64,000 bases of DNA. Origin: Octopus sinensis. Lineage: Eukaryota. Numbering within the stretch: position 1 is the first letter of the stretch; each line of letters starts with the position of its first letter. Positions 13,150 through 26,915 of this stretch are shown piece by piece. A program made the position numbers and the translations under genes. The DNA is taken from the NCBI RefSeq assembly GCF_006345805.1, contig NC_043020.1, positions 24,738,001 through 24,802,000 of the forward strand. Direction: 5' to 3'. The notes under the pieces are model-generated. The model did no database searches and was not told the DNA's origin. It saw only the letters and a list, made by a program, of their open reading frames with translations.

Positions 13150-14531
13150 ACTTTGAAATTTGGGTTTGTGAAGAACTGTATTATAATTTCGACCTGGCTG
13201 GAGCAGTTTATAATGTTATTAGTACTCTATATAATCGATTTCGAAAGGATACAATGCAAAATTTACCTCAAGAGGATTTGAACTCAAAACGTAATGATAA
13301 GAAATAAGGTAAAGTTGTTTCTAATTTAACCTTTTCTTGTCCAAGTCAATGCTTTAATAATCCCTTGTTTTCCTTCGATGGTTACAAAGAATTGGGAATC
13401 TATATCATATGATGCTCGGGTGTCAGGGAAATAGTAGATGTAACAAAGGACCGAAAAGGGGTTAAGAACAAAACCAACAGGTTTAAAGGGAAGGTGCTTG
13501 TCGGTATTATTGATCCGTCTACTTGACTGGTATGTTATTTTATCAACCACGAGATATGAAAGGCAAAGTTGACCTCCGTTAGATTGAAATTCACAACGTA
13601 AAGAGCCGGAAGAAAAACCGACAAAGAATTTGATCCTATATTCCATCATGTTGAGTGGTTACTTTCTCGAGCCTCATAAAATAAAGTGAAAACGCTGACC
13701 TCAATGTGATTTGAACTCATAGCATAAAGATTTGGAACAAAATATCGCAGTGAATTGTGTGCGTTTGTATCAGATTGCATATTGTGTGGCAGCAGAACGG
13801 TGTGTGGTTGCAGTATTGTCTTCGTTTCAGACGAAAATAGATTTGAAAACGTTTCTTCCAATCGATGGTAATAATTCTAATTTTGTCTCAGCGTCGGCAA
13901 ATTTAGTAAAGAAAGTTAAGTAGACTACATCGACCCCAGTACTCGACTGGCATTTATTTTATCGACTTAGGCGGAATTTGAACCCAGAACGTAAAGAACC
14001 GGAAGAAATGCCACTAAAGCATTATGTCTGACGCGTTAACAATTCCGCCAACTCGCTGCATTCCTCATACTACTAATAATTCGTTTTAGTTTTTGCACAA
14101 GGCCAGTAATTACGAGAGGACGGAGGTGACTGAGGTGATTATAGGGACCCCAGTTCTAAACTGGTACTCTATTTTACCCGTGGGGATAAAAGGCGAAGTC
14201 GACGTTGGGAGGAAGATTTGAAACCAGAATGTAATTTTCAGCAACTAAAGACCCACAAGGCATTGTGTCCGATATTTTATCGATTCCTACCAAACAACCG
14301 CACTTCAAAACAATAATCCTTTCTACTAAAGGCAGAAGGCCTGAAATTTGGGGGAAGGGGACAAGTCGATTATATCGACCCCAGTGCGTAACTAGTACTT
14401 AATTTATCGACCCCGACAGGATGTAAGGCAAAGTCGACATCGGCGGAATTTGATCGAAGAACGTAGCGATTGGCGAAATACCACTAAGCATTTTGCCCGG
14501 CGTGCTAACGATTCTACTAGCTCACCGTCTT
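13150..14531 (-). mobile_element. cluster of ~6 SINE family B copies of mixed age, all on the minus strand
   Basis: Repeated ATCGACCCCAGT / AAAGTCGAC / TTTGAACTCA-like blocks. The best-preserved copy is at 14313-14531. Confidence 0.7.
13330..13461. mobile_element. short piggyBac-like MITE with TTAA flanks
   Basis: TTAA-CCTTTTC at the left end and GAAAAGGGG-TTAA at the right end. Confidence 0.5.
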
Positions 14532-14878
14532 CATAATAATAGTAAGAAGAAGAAACAGAATAATGGTTAATGGTAAAGTTATCACATCGAACCAAGATCT
14601 AATCGTGTCTTCGTGTTTAGCAGAAGCGCAATGCAAATTCGTGACGTTCATGTGTTTCCCAGAAGGCATTGGCAACACAAGTGACATGACAATAGCAACA
14701 ACAACAATAATAGTAGCAGGAACTAAAAAAACAAAGGAAATTATTCAAGATAATTCCTTACAAAAGGAAAAATTCTACAGAAAAAAGTTTAAACTTCGTT
14801 TCTTTCACATCAATGTATCGGGTGGAAGAGGCGTGACTGCTCGCTAGTGTGTGTGTGTGTATGTGTGTGTGTGTGTGT

Positions 14879-14915
<37 letters not shown>

Positions 14916-15129
14916 GTGTGTGTGAAAACAACAAGCACCGAAATGAATGCAAGTGCGTGTGTTTGTACGTGCGTACATGGTTGTGTGTGTGGGCGGGTGT
15001 TTATTGGAGACGATAGTAAGACTTCGGAAGATGACTTCTATTTGCTATGCATGTCTGAGTTCGTGCTTGCGTACTTAGTTTACATTCACACACACACTGG
15101 CACAAAATATTCATATTTACTCATATTTA

Positions 15130-15260
<131 letters not shown>

Positions 15261-16002
15261 CATGTGTGTATGTTTATACATGTATATGCATTTATATAAG
15301 TATACACGTATGTGTGTGGCGAGTACATGGGCGGGAGTGCACGTTAGCGCAGAGGCAATAAAAAGACTTAGCCCTATTCTAAAGTGTCTGCGTCTATGTT
15401 TGTGTGTATACATACACACACATACATATGTACACATACATGCATATAAACGTACAAGTCTGGAGAAATATATACATTATGCACACACACACACATATTT
15501 TCCACAAGAAACACGTCACACCCTACGCTATTAGGGAAGAAGGACATTTCTAATGGATGATGTATTCCATATACATTTTGAACTAAACATCTAAAATATA
15601 AAGAAGAACAGAGGGTTGAGGCAGGATGGTCCAAGCTGGAAAGTTTTTTGATCATAAGCCTACTCACTCAGTGTTGATCTAGGGCCAAGACAAAACAAAA
15701 ACCAGCACCAATACGCTTGTATTTAACTCAGCACAGCCACCATCACCGACGCCACTTAACATACCCTCCATTCTTCGAACACACTCCCCGGCCTGCCTTT
15801 CCCCTCCCCCCTTCCCTTTGTAAAAAAGAAAGGGATTCACATTATTTCATGAGATCAAGAAAAAGCGTGACTGATATGCGTTGCGACCCCTAATTTTTAT
15901 TCATTTATTTAATTTATCATTGTTATTATTATTATTATTCTTTTATAGTCTAAAATACACCCGACTGACTCCAGTCACACGCGTCGAAAGACAGTACTTT
16001 TG

Positions 16003-16235
16003 TCTTGTTGTTTAGCCCTAGGTCAGTCTGCCCGAGTAGATCTATGATCAAAGACATTCCAAACGTGGTGACCGTCCTGTCTTCAGTCACATTTTTTTGT
16101 CCGTGGTGCAAGAACAAACCCAATGAACTGTTAGCTAACTTGATTTAATCTCGATCTTCTGTTTTCTTTTCCAAAATAGACAAAAAGGATATGATTTGGC
16201 TGTTATTTCTAGCTGATCGGGCCACTACGTAGAGT
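16003..16235 (+). mobile_element. interspersed repeat family D (unclassified)
   Basis: GTTGTTTAGCCCTAGG..CTATGATCAAAG.CATTCCA..GTGACC..GATTTGGCTG.TATTTCTAGC. Related copies lie at ~25-95(-), ~15530-15700(-), ~17314-17505, ~48875-48965 and ~51968-52165. Confidence 0.7.
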
Positions 16236-16739
16236 GGTGGATGCAGCAGGGTGTTTTAGGGATCTACCCCCGTCCTTCTAGTTTCTGTTCCCCCCACCCC
16301 TACCTCCCCATCCCCTGTCGTGCTCACCAAAATGTAAAATTCCACATAAAGGTGAAGAGATAAATCTTCAAGGATTAGTAATGCGTGCGTGTGTCACAGG
16401 GATTTGGTGGGGGGGAAGGGGAAGGAGATGGCGGTGGTGCGGCAGAGGTGGCGGTGGTGCGGTCTGTGGAGCGTGTAGGTTTGGTGGGAGGGGCGTAGGT
16501 GGGGGTGGGGCGTAGATTAAAGGGGACCAGGGACACAAGCTAGAAGAACAAAACAAAATAACAGGGAAAACGAACCTCTTCAAAAATAAAAAAAAAAGTG
16601 GGGTCTGCTTCTGCCTTACTTCAATTTAAATTATAAAGGACAAGAAGGGTTTTAGAAATATAAGGGGAAAGGAAAGGGGTTTGCTTGTTTTTTAGGGAGT
16701 AAAAGATAAGAATAAAAGGTTTTATGAATTTTATGAAAT

Positions 16740-17320
16740 TGTAAAGCGGAGGGGGCGGTTATTGCGGGGTGAGTGTATGATGGTGGTGGATGTGAAGATG
16801 GAGTAGTTGGTGGTGATGGTGGAGGAGTTACGGCGATGATGGAGACGATGGTGAGGCTGGTGCTGATGCTGGTGTTGTAGGCGGTAGAGATGGTGGTTAT
16901 GGTGGAGATGGTAGCGGTTGTAGTGGAGGTGCTGGTACCGACAGCGTAGGCGGTGGTGCTAGGTAGTGGTGGTGGCGAAGGCGCTAGCAGTGGTGGTGGT
17001 TGCTGCAGTGATGGTGCTGGTGGTGATTATAGATGATGCAGCGAGGACGGTGGTTGTCACGATGATGTTATGGATGTAATGATGATGATGGTGGTGGTCT
17101 TCAAGATACATGTGGTAACACTGATGGTATGGCGATGGCGGAGCCGGTGGATTGGCCTTGCTGACGGCGAAGGTGTTGGCGGTGGTAAGGGATAGTACAC
17201 GTGGTGGTGGTGGTGGTGTTAATGGTACCATTAGCAAATGTGTTGTTATTGAAGTAGTATCGGTGGTAGCATCTCTGGGGGTTACAGTAACATTACTACT
17301 TTGATAAGAGTTCATGTTGT
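16740..17320. repeat. degenerate GGT/GAT-rich low-complexity tract
   Basis: Cryptic trinucleotide repeat. A similar tract lies at 32280-33260. Confidence 0.8.
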
Positions 17321-17963
17321 TAGTGCTGTTTAGCCCTAGGCGAGTCCTGATCCAGGAGACCTATGATCAAAGGCATTCCAACCGTGACCACATCGTTTTT
17401 CCACAACCACATTAGCTAATGAATCCCTAACACCACTGCATGTAATTTGTAGTTGGTTACTATTTCTCGCAGGAAGTATATCCATGTACAGGTTTTCTCT
17501 CCGTTCAGTTTGTAGTGGTGGTGGTGATAGTGATAGGGAGGAGGTAAGGACGGTTGTAATGGCGATGGTTGTGGTGGTTATAGTGTGGTTGCAATTATGA
17601 CACTGGCAATAGGCTTACAGGCAAGATGATATTTCTGGTGTAGTTGATGGTGTTGGAGAGAGACAGGGGGAAGGAGAGAGAGGGGGAAGAGAGGAATAAC
17701 TGCAGTAGTGGGTAGACGAAGGAAGAGGGTTTGGTAGCGGTTCGGTGTTTATGTGGTATCTATAATAGAGGAGACGAATAGTTGTGTGGTGGTAGCGTTA
17801 AGAAAAATAATGTCGCTAGTAGCCTTGTCGTTGCTAGCGTTCTTATCGTTCGGTGCTCTATTCTGCAAACCACTCGGCCTTAATGAAAACTGGATCAGAG
17901 GCTCTAACAAACCATAGACTCATGAGGCCGGTTTTCAGGCCAGGTTTCTTTGTCGTGTGTGTG

Positions 17964-18256
17964 TATATATAATCCTTACTACTAAAGGCACAAGGACTGA
18001 AATTTTGCGGGAAGGGGACAGTCGATTAGATCGATCCCAGTACACAACTGGTACTTAATTTATCGACCTCGAAAGAATTTGAACTCAGAACGTAAAGACG
18101 GATGAAATGCTGTTAAGCACTTTACCCAGCGTGCCAACGATTCTGCCATTTCATCCTTTAGAGGTCGATAAATTAAGTACTGGGATCGATCTAATCGACT
18201 GGCCCCTTCAGTAAAATTTCAGTCCTTGTGCCTTTAGTAGAAAGGATTATATATAT
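17964..18256. mobile_element. fold-back SINE family B (minus copy followed by an inverted copy of its own 3' end)
   Basis: Arms at 17964-18070 and 18161-18256 are near-perfect reverse complements and are flanked by (TA)n. Confidence 0.85.
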
Positions 18257-18308
18257 ATATATATATATGCCTACATATATATGTATATATACATGCCATG
18301 CATATATA

Positions 18309-18518
18309 CTCTTTTACTCTTTTTTACTTGTTTCAGTCATTTGACTGCGGCCATGCTGGAGCACCGCCTTTAGTCGAGCAAATCGACCCCGGGACTTATT
18401 CTTTGTAAGCCCAGTACTTATTCTATCGGTCTCATTTTTGCCGAACCGCTAAGTGACGGGAACGTAAACACACCAGCATCGGTTGTCAAGCAATGCTAGG
18501 GGGACAAACACAGATACA

Positions 18519-18589
<71 letters not shown>

Positions 18590-18734
18590 TATATACATAT
18601 ATACGACAGGCTTCTTTCCACTCACAAGGCATTTGTCGGCCCGGGGCTATAGCCCAAGATGCCACGCAGTGGGACTGAACCCGGAACCATGTGGTTGGTT
18701 AGCAAGCTACTTACCACACAGCCACTCCTGCGCC
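18309..18734 (-). mobile_element. SINE family A, young copy
   Basis: Complete GGCGCAGGAGTGGCTGTGTGGTAAG head and GAAACAAGTAAAAAAGAGTAAAAGAG tail on the minus strand. Confidence 0.9.
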
Positions 18735-18989
18735 TATGGTACAAGACATCAAAACAACTTTGAACACAATAAGAAACGAAAACATAAAAACAAAAACATA
18801 GAAACGAACTTTTTTTTCGAACAACGAAAAAAAAAACCAACCAGAGAAACGAGACATATAACATAAAGAATAGTCCCCTTCTTCAGTTGTCCTTATTTCA
18901 ACTAATCCACGTTTCGAAGTCGTATATATGTATCTACAACGCATTGCCCGATCACGAGTGCAACACCCTAACCCCTAAGGCACACACCT

Positions 18990-19445
18990 CCATACCTACC
19001 CTTAAGTGTTTCTAAATTTAGGTGGTCGATTAAAAGGACCCAAATATTGCGCTGGTATTTGTGTAAAAGCAACGAAAAAAGAAAGATCAAAGTCAACATT
19101 GATTTCGGAAAGATTTGATCTCAAACTGTTAAAGCCAACAGAAATACGGCAAAGCATTTTAGCGAGGCGATCACAATTCTCCCAACTTAAGAATCTAATA
19201 ATAATAATAATAATAATAATAATCCATTTATTTATAGGCACTAGGCCTGGAATTTTGGGGAGGGGAGTTATTAAGTCGATTACAACGACCCCGGTGTTCA
19301 ACTTGTACCTACCTCATCAGCTCTGAAAGGATGAATGGCAAAGTTAATATTGGTGGAATTTGAAATAAGACGAAATGCCGCTAAGCATTAGTCCAGCGTG
19401 CTAACGATTCTGCCAGCTCGCCGCCTTAATAATAACAACAATAAC

Positions 19446-19490
<45 letters not shown>

Positions 19491-19706
19491 CCTGTTTACT
19501 GAAGGCACAAGGCCTTGAAGTTTGACGGGAGGGAACTAGTCGATAATGTCGACCACAGTGTTTCACTGGTACTTCATTTATCGACCCCGAAAGGATGGTA
19601 GGCAAAGTCGACCTTGGCGGAATTTGAACTTAGAACGCGAAGACAGACGAAATGCCACTAAGCATTTCGTCCGGCGTGCTAACGTTCCTGCTAACTGGGC
19701 ACCTTC
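18990..19706 (-). mobile_element. three head-to-tail SINE family B copies linked by (TAA)n
   Basis: Copies at ~18990-19190, 19222-19428 and 19488-19706. Confidence 0.8.
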
Positions 19707-19740
19707 ATAATAACACTAATAATAGTAGTAGTAGTAGTAG

Positions 19741-19774
<34 letters not shown>

Positions 19775-19781
19775 AATAATA

Positions 19782-19819
<38 letters not shown>

Positions 19820-20011
19820 AACGGATATTAAATAGAAACAAAATAAAAACAAAAACTGTAATAAGGTTGTAGAAGAGAAGGGTGGGTGTTTTTAGTGAAC
19901 ATATTGCCCATGGCTCTCTCACACACATGCACGTGAGTGTGGTGGGGAAGGGGAATGTGACTTATATTTTATATGATGAGAATCATGATAACGAGAACGA
20001 CTGCGACAACG

Positions 20012-20070
<59 letters not shown>

Positions 20071-20195
20071 TCATGGAGTAATTAATATAATATGGCATAT
20101 GCAAAAACAAATAAAAAACGCTAATAATAACTACATTATAACACAAACAAAAACGCAACAATAATTGTATAGAGAAGAAAAGAAAGATATAGAAG

Positions 20196-20239
20196 TTTCC
20201 GGTCCGGAAATAACATAGTGACGTCACGTGACTCAATTG
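20196..20239. promoter_or_regulatory. candidate enhancer core: ETS-like palindrome plus overlapping CRE / E-box (CLEAR) / AP-1
   Basis: TTTCCGGTCCGGAAA 20196-20210; GTGACGTCAC 20218-20227; GTCACGTGAC 20223-20232; TGACTCA 20229-20235. Confidence 0.45.
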
Positions 20240-20839
20240 TGGTCGAGCGCCATTGTGTTTTGTTCCCATTCCATTTTACATCGACGATACTTTATAGTCT
20301 CGTCTGACTCTCGTCTGAGCAACCACACTATATACATATGTGTATATATATAGATATATATAGACATATATGCATTCACTCATAAATATACATAGGCACA
20401 CTCACACATACACACATATGTTATGTGTGTGTGTGTGTGTGTATGAGAGAGATAAATGTGTTATGTTGAAGACACGACCATGCTGGAGTTTAATCATTTT
20501 CATTAATGATTTTTATGTTTCCTTACTGATCCATCTTAATCATTAATCTTTGAATAACTTTTTGGCCTTAAGCTTCAGAATGAAGGGTTAATGATGGCGA
20601 AGTATTGATACACATATACATGTGCATACATATATACGCATATACATTCACATATGAATATGTGTATGTGAGTGTGTATATATACATGTTATATATTCAC
20701 ATACTTTTTATACTTATAAACACATTTTTATTGTGTCTGTATATATATATACACACATACACTTTTCAAGCATATATATATGTGTGTGTGAGTTTGTGTG
20801 TGTGTGCGTGTGTATGCATGCACACATACACTTTTCATG

Positions 20840-20915
<76 letters not shown>

Positions 20916-21739
20916 GACATGTGCACACACAGGCGTTCACAAATTAAACTAGCAATTAATGACGGCAATAATTTGCAACGTCACCACAAGATTGAGAAGA
21001 AATTATGCAGGAGATAATTTCAAAAGCCATTAATTAAATGGTTGTTCAACCAACAACAGACAATGGGAAAATAAATTCCATTCTGCTAAGATTTGAACTC
21101 ATGACTTTAACGCCGGAAAGAAAACGTTGCGCGCTGCTGTACTAATTCTACCAATTCTGACAACCAAAATAGCATTAATTCTTTCTTTTTACCATCCTCC
21201 GTGGAACCATTCAACTGTTTATCAACTGCAGCCTTGTTATATGACTTCTGGATGAAATGAGATTGGTAGACCCAAGTTGAGCTCTAGTCGATTTCTTGAA
21301 GGAGTGTTTCTCTATAAGAGTTCCTCTTTTAACTGCTAACAACATAACCGGGTCGATTCTAAGAAAGAAACAATGAGGGAAGGAAGAATTGGATTTAGTA
21401 CTGGACTCCTTGCTTATTTACCGCTTCTGAACTGATGAAAGCTAAAACGGATGGCGGCAGAATTTTAACTCAAAACGCAAAGAAACACAACGCTCGGTTC
21501 TTTTGGAAAAGTTCATAATGATTCGAACAATCAACTGTCTTACAATATGTTAATAGTTTTTGATAAGGATTTCTAACCTAGATACAAAGTCGCATAATTA
21601 ATAGGATTGGAAGTTCATAAAGCCGTTAGATATCAAATAGCCAAAGACCATCCCTAATTCTGTGAGAGAATCCCCCGGTTTTAAAGTCACCTTGATTAAA
21701 ACCTATGAAAATTGTATGTTGGTTATATTTCAAAAATGT

Positions 21740-22050
21740 GGAAGCGTAATGGCCCAGTGGATAGGGCAGCGTACTCGCAGTTGTAGGATCGCGGTTTCGA
21801 TTCCCAGACCGGGCAATGTGAGTGTTTATTGAGCGAAAACACCTAAAGATCCACGAGGCTCCGGCAGGGGGTGGTGGCGATCCCTACTGTACTCTTTCGC
21901 GACAATCTTCTCTCACTATTTCTTCTGTTGGCCTGCTCGCGTAGACAGCGGGGAGGCGTCATTTAAAGGCTAAAACAATGGAAAGCGCATTGTGACTACC
22001 GACGTGTAGCAACATCTGATAGCCTGGTCGGTCACGGTGATCACGGTGAT
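21740..22050 (+). mobile_element. tRNA(Arg)-like SINE (Octopus OR-type by recollection)
   Basis: GGAAGCGTAATGGCCCAGTGGATAGGGCAGCGTACTCGCAG..GGTTTCGATTCCC contains an A box, a TCG anticodon-like loop and a B box. It ends in a (TCACGGTGA)2 tail. Confidence 0.75.
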
Positions 22051-23024
22051 ATTTGAAAAAACATCAGCTTAATAATAAAGTAATTTCATTAAATATGTTA
22101 TTTTCAAAACTAAGTGAAATATAGACAGTGCATTTCGACTGAAATATATTAAGAAAAGGATTAAAAGGACTCAGTATTTGACTGGTATTTACTTGGAGTG
22201 AAGGATGACGTAAATCGGATTCAATTGCCGAGTATTTGAAAAAGAAATAAAACGTAATGGCATTTTGTTCGCTCCGCCGATGCAACAAGTCAATAATCAT
22301 ACAAGTATTGATTTCTTCCTATTAATATGGTAAGAATACGTATTGCCCTGCTGAGTGTGAAGGTTGGGTGGGGAGTTTGCATAATTGTAATTGGTAAAAT
22401 ATTAAGAAATAATCAGCAAAGAAAGTTGAGAGTATGATCTTCCAGTGCGTCAGGAAGTATTTGTTTTCATAGCGTTAAATAGTAAATATTTCTGATCTAA
22501 GATTTGAATAGTTTGAGCGAAGGAGTGTATATTTCGATCAGAACGATTAAAGGCTTGACAGGTACCTTTATTTTAACTTCGGAAGCGTGAATAACTAAGT
22601 CAATCTCTTTGGGGTTGCAATACAGCTTGAAAAGGGAGGTAATTAAATATCGTTAGGTACGTAATATAATTTCGATTTTTTAATTTCTAAAAACAATGAT
22701 TTCTAACACAGAAAATCATATCGATCTCATTCCTTGGGTGCAGTTTTATAAAGTAATCTTTTGCTGACATTGTTGAGTAAACATTGAGTTATAATCAGCG
22801 AGCTAATCAGCACAATTCATTATGTTTATCGAAAAGTTATGTGAAATACATTTGCAATAAATAATAAGTAGACGATAGCATTGGGATTAGGAGTAATCTA
22901 CGAAGGATATAGACAGAAGAATTTAGAGTAAACAGATTAGTGCTCTTGCAGGTGCGTGCTGCGGAAAGGAAAGCGATTATAGGATAATGGTCGAGAGAGT
23001 AAAAGAAATACGTAGATTCGTATT

Positions 23025-23067
<43 letters not shown>

Positions 23068-23290
23068 GAGAGAGAGGCACACTGATGTATCCACATATAA
23101 GAACATGTATACATATTCGTATGTATTTATATATAACATATTTACTCATATATAAACACAAATTTACATATACGGATGCAGATACAACCACACATTGTGT
23201 ACATGGGAGTGGTTTTTAGATTATGGTACGTACATGACTATTCATGTTTCTTTCAATTTCAAATTCAGAGAACAAATGAGGAAGATTAAT

Positions 23291-23367
<77 letters not shown>

Positions 23368-24358
23368 TGGAGAGGAGTTTTCAATTGAAACATAAGTTTC
23401 TATGCTACAGCTTGTTATTGAGGAATTTTACCTTAAATTGTTGTTCTCCCCGATTTTAAGCGCTTATTTTGTTTGGATAGATAGATAGCTTGTAAGACTT
23501 CAGCCGATAATAGCCCACAAACACACTCTCTTTCTTTCTTTCTCTCTCTCTCTCTCTCTCACTATATATATATATATATATATATAAAATCTAGAATCAT
23601 CTACTTCACCATTCGCCACACATCAAACGTCAGCCAATAACAACAGCCCAGCCCTATAATAAAGATATCGCCTTTTCTTCATCTACTCCTTCGTGCTTCT
23701 TCATTCTGATAGATGCTCTTCATATATTGTTTTATTGTAATCACTGCCGACCGCACCCTTCTCCCGCACACTCACTCACACCTAATCCCTATATTCGAAG
23801 AAACTGTCATGTTTTTGCTGCTACTGTTTTTGCAGCTATTCCTTTTCTCCTCTGTTTCTCTGATATATTTACAAGTATTTAGTGATCTGGTCTTTCTTCA
23901 GTAGCTTGTACTTTATCAGTTGTCTATTATCCCCTTCTCTCTCTCTCTCTGTGTATGTATGTATATATACGTATACATGCACATGTATTATACATACATA
24001 AGAGCGAGGGGATATATAAATATATAATATATACACACGTATATTATATGCATACATAAGAGCGAGGTCATATATATATATATATAATATACGCATTTTG
24101 TGTTCTTTTTTTTTGTGGTATTCTCTGCTATTGTGTTCTGCTGTATGCTATTTTGCTCTTTCACTTTCATCCCTACCCCAAACACCCAATCGACTAACAC
24201 GCACAATCAAAGCAAACTAGATAAGTATTGTGTTCTGTTTATTCGTCTTTGCTGTTAATCTTTTCTTATTATTGTAGTTCCATGCCCAAACATTGGGTAT
24301 TGGGGAGGGGAGAGGTCAGACTAGCACACACACGCTTTAATGTCATTGTCTGCATGTG

Positions 24359-24396
<38 letters not shown>

Positions 24397-26228
24397 CACA
24401 ACCACACACGTATATCATACCACTCGCACAGAGAGTAGTAGAGAATAATAGATATCTACGAATAAATATATATGATGTATGTAAGTTGTTATCTTCTGTA
24501 TGTGTATATATGTTTGTGTGTGTGTGTGTTGTTTTCTGATTGTATGTTTGGGTTGGGCATGTTTGTGATTGTGTGCGTGTGTTTGTGTTAATTTCTATTT
24601 GTTATAGTGTAATGATGTTGGCAATAAACTTACAGGCAATGTAACCCGATATGTACATTGGACGATAACCTTTATTTATGTATTGTGTTATTATTCGTTT
24701 ATCGCATTGTTATATTAGGGTATTGCTGCTCAAGGTTTTACAGGGTGTGTACGATGTTAGAATTGAGATCAAACACATTAACAATAGCAAGAGAAATCCA
24801 ACGTAGAAATTTCTATGTTGTTGATCGAGCAGCTAAAAGCGCAACCAGGTGGTACTGGTTCGATTCATCTGTATGGCATATTGTGTGTTTTGTACAATAG
24901 CCTCGGGTTAATCAATAATATTTTGCGAATGGGGTTTCATGGAAAGGAAATGGAGGAAAACCAAATGTATACATATATACACACAAATATTACATATACA
25001 TTCTCATACGCACATACATATTTCCTATAGATATGTGTTTGTGTAGATAAGGAGATGCAAACATACCAGCATGCACATATGTGATGAGGGAGATAGGTAG
25101 ATAGATAGATATATAGATATATAGATAGATAGATATCATAAATTATATCTATCAGTGAAGAGATTTTGTCGGTTAAATCGATCAAGAACTTGACAGAGTT
25201 CTTTTTTTGTTTTTGTTTTTTCAACCCCCGAATAAATGAAAGACAAATCTACCTCCGGTTGCTGTTAGTTCAAGCACAGATAGGAACAGCAAGTTTCAGC
25301 GGAAGTGAGAAAAGCAACCGTTTAGCACAATGAGAAGAAACCTGGAAATTTCCCTTAGAATCCTAAAATATAATTTCCTAAAGTTACTTTAAGAAAAAAT
25401 TCCTCAAATTCTTCTCATCAACACCAAGAATTTCCTCAATCCATTATCGTTTCCAACTTCCATTAAACTTGTATAGAATCAAAAGACATATATATATATA
25501 TCGCATTGAGGGCACTAGGCACCTAATGACATTATCGAAACACACAAATTGACAGGTTTTGGTGGAAGCATACGGTCTGCGTTGACTCCATTATATGGCT
25601 GGTACTATACTTTATCGATTCAAACTTATTGTACTCCACTTACTTTAGCATAACCATTTATCCCACTCCACACGCCCTTTTAATTCTTCAGGTACATATT
25701 TTTATCGATCCCGAAAGGATGAAAAGGAAAAATTTGCCACGGCAGAATTTGAACTCAGAACATAAAAAGCGGTCGAAATGCCGCTGGGCATTTTGCTGAG
25801 CGTGTAACAATTCTGCCAGTTCGCTGCCTCAAAGAAAATTAACCCCCCCCCCTAAAAAACGCAAGAATATTAAGTCGATGGCATTCTGTTTTGCACAAAA
25901 TCAACAACACTTAGAGTAATTAACAATAATTAATCATGTCAATTTAATTGCTATATTCTTATTTATTAATTTATTTATCAAAATTTCCATTTTATTAATT
26001 TCATTTGTATACGCAATCATCATCATCATCGCCTTTCTAATCAAAGAATGTTATTATTTCATTTCTAATGAAAGAAATATTTATGAACTACCACCAGCCT
26101 TATTGATGTTCATTTACAATCAAAGAGAAATAAATAAACATATATATAATCTTTTTATTACATTTTAGCTTGGTTTTATACACAAATGCACACACACACA
26201 TACACACACATATACACGTAATAAAGAT

Positions 26229-26302
<74 letters not shown>

Positions 26303-26701
26303 TGTATTGACTTTCCAACAAAGCCCTTCATGTTTAGAATTTAGAAATGAAAAGCTAAAGTATTTGTTGTATTGTCAAGTTATATTGTGTGTTCCGGAAG
26401 CTCATTAGCCTGAAGGGGTCAGTACACGAAGGTTTCCGAGAAGAAAAACATTTTGAATGTTAAAATTGAAGTTGATTAATTGTGCTTTTCATTAGCACAC
26501 AGCTTTTTGCTTTCTGACCTTAAGATCATCATTTCACGTTCAAAAGTTAATATTATAATATCGTTGCAAAGTTAACGTGTGTGTGTTTGCAGATGATATA
26601 TTTCTTCATGCAATCATATGTGTTTCTCAGTGAAAAAGGAATACTGAACTCTATGTTTAATGAAGCCTATTAAAAGGGCCAAAAGCATTTTCCAATAATA
26701 C

Positions 26702-26915
26702 GCTCATAAGCCCGGTTCCCCGGATTCTATGAGATATATATCTATATTACCAGCTTCTGGATGAGACGCCAGCCCGTCGCAGGATTCATTTTTGCCATCT
26801 GAGGGGACTGGAGCAACGTTTCCCCTCAAAAATACAAACACTGTCCAGTCCAGGAATCGAAACCACGGTGTTGCATTCATGAGTGCTCTACCTTAACCAT
26901 TAAACCACGCGCCGC
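26702..26915 (-). mobile_element. tRNA-derived SINE related to family C
   Basis: Minus-strand head GGCGCGTGGTTTAATGGTTAAGG..GGTTTCGATTCCTGGAC and the core ACGTTGCTCCAGTCC. Confidence 0.65.

Noticed and set aside
18868-18922. Minus-strand GAAAC...CTGAAGA arrangement in a Penelope-like tail; also GAAACGCGTC near 51631
   Set aside because: Stems cannot be closed correctly, or the partner core is missing.
21740-21815. Possible tRNA-Arg gene (likewise other SINE heads)
   Set aside because: It has no proper acceptor stem and continues into a SINE body and tail.
23293-23364. Recurrent single-base phase slip in (TG)n/(TA)n tracts (also near 15199, 30168, 44246, 59113)
   Set aside because: Most simply consensus or indel errors, or ordinary slippage. 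It is not interpretable without reads.
23630-23665. CCAAT followed by TATAATAAA
   Set aside because: The spacing is atypical and such words are expected by chance in AT-rich DNA.
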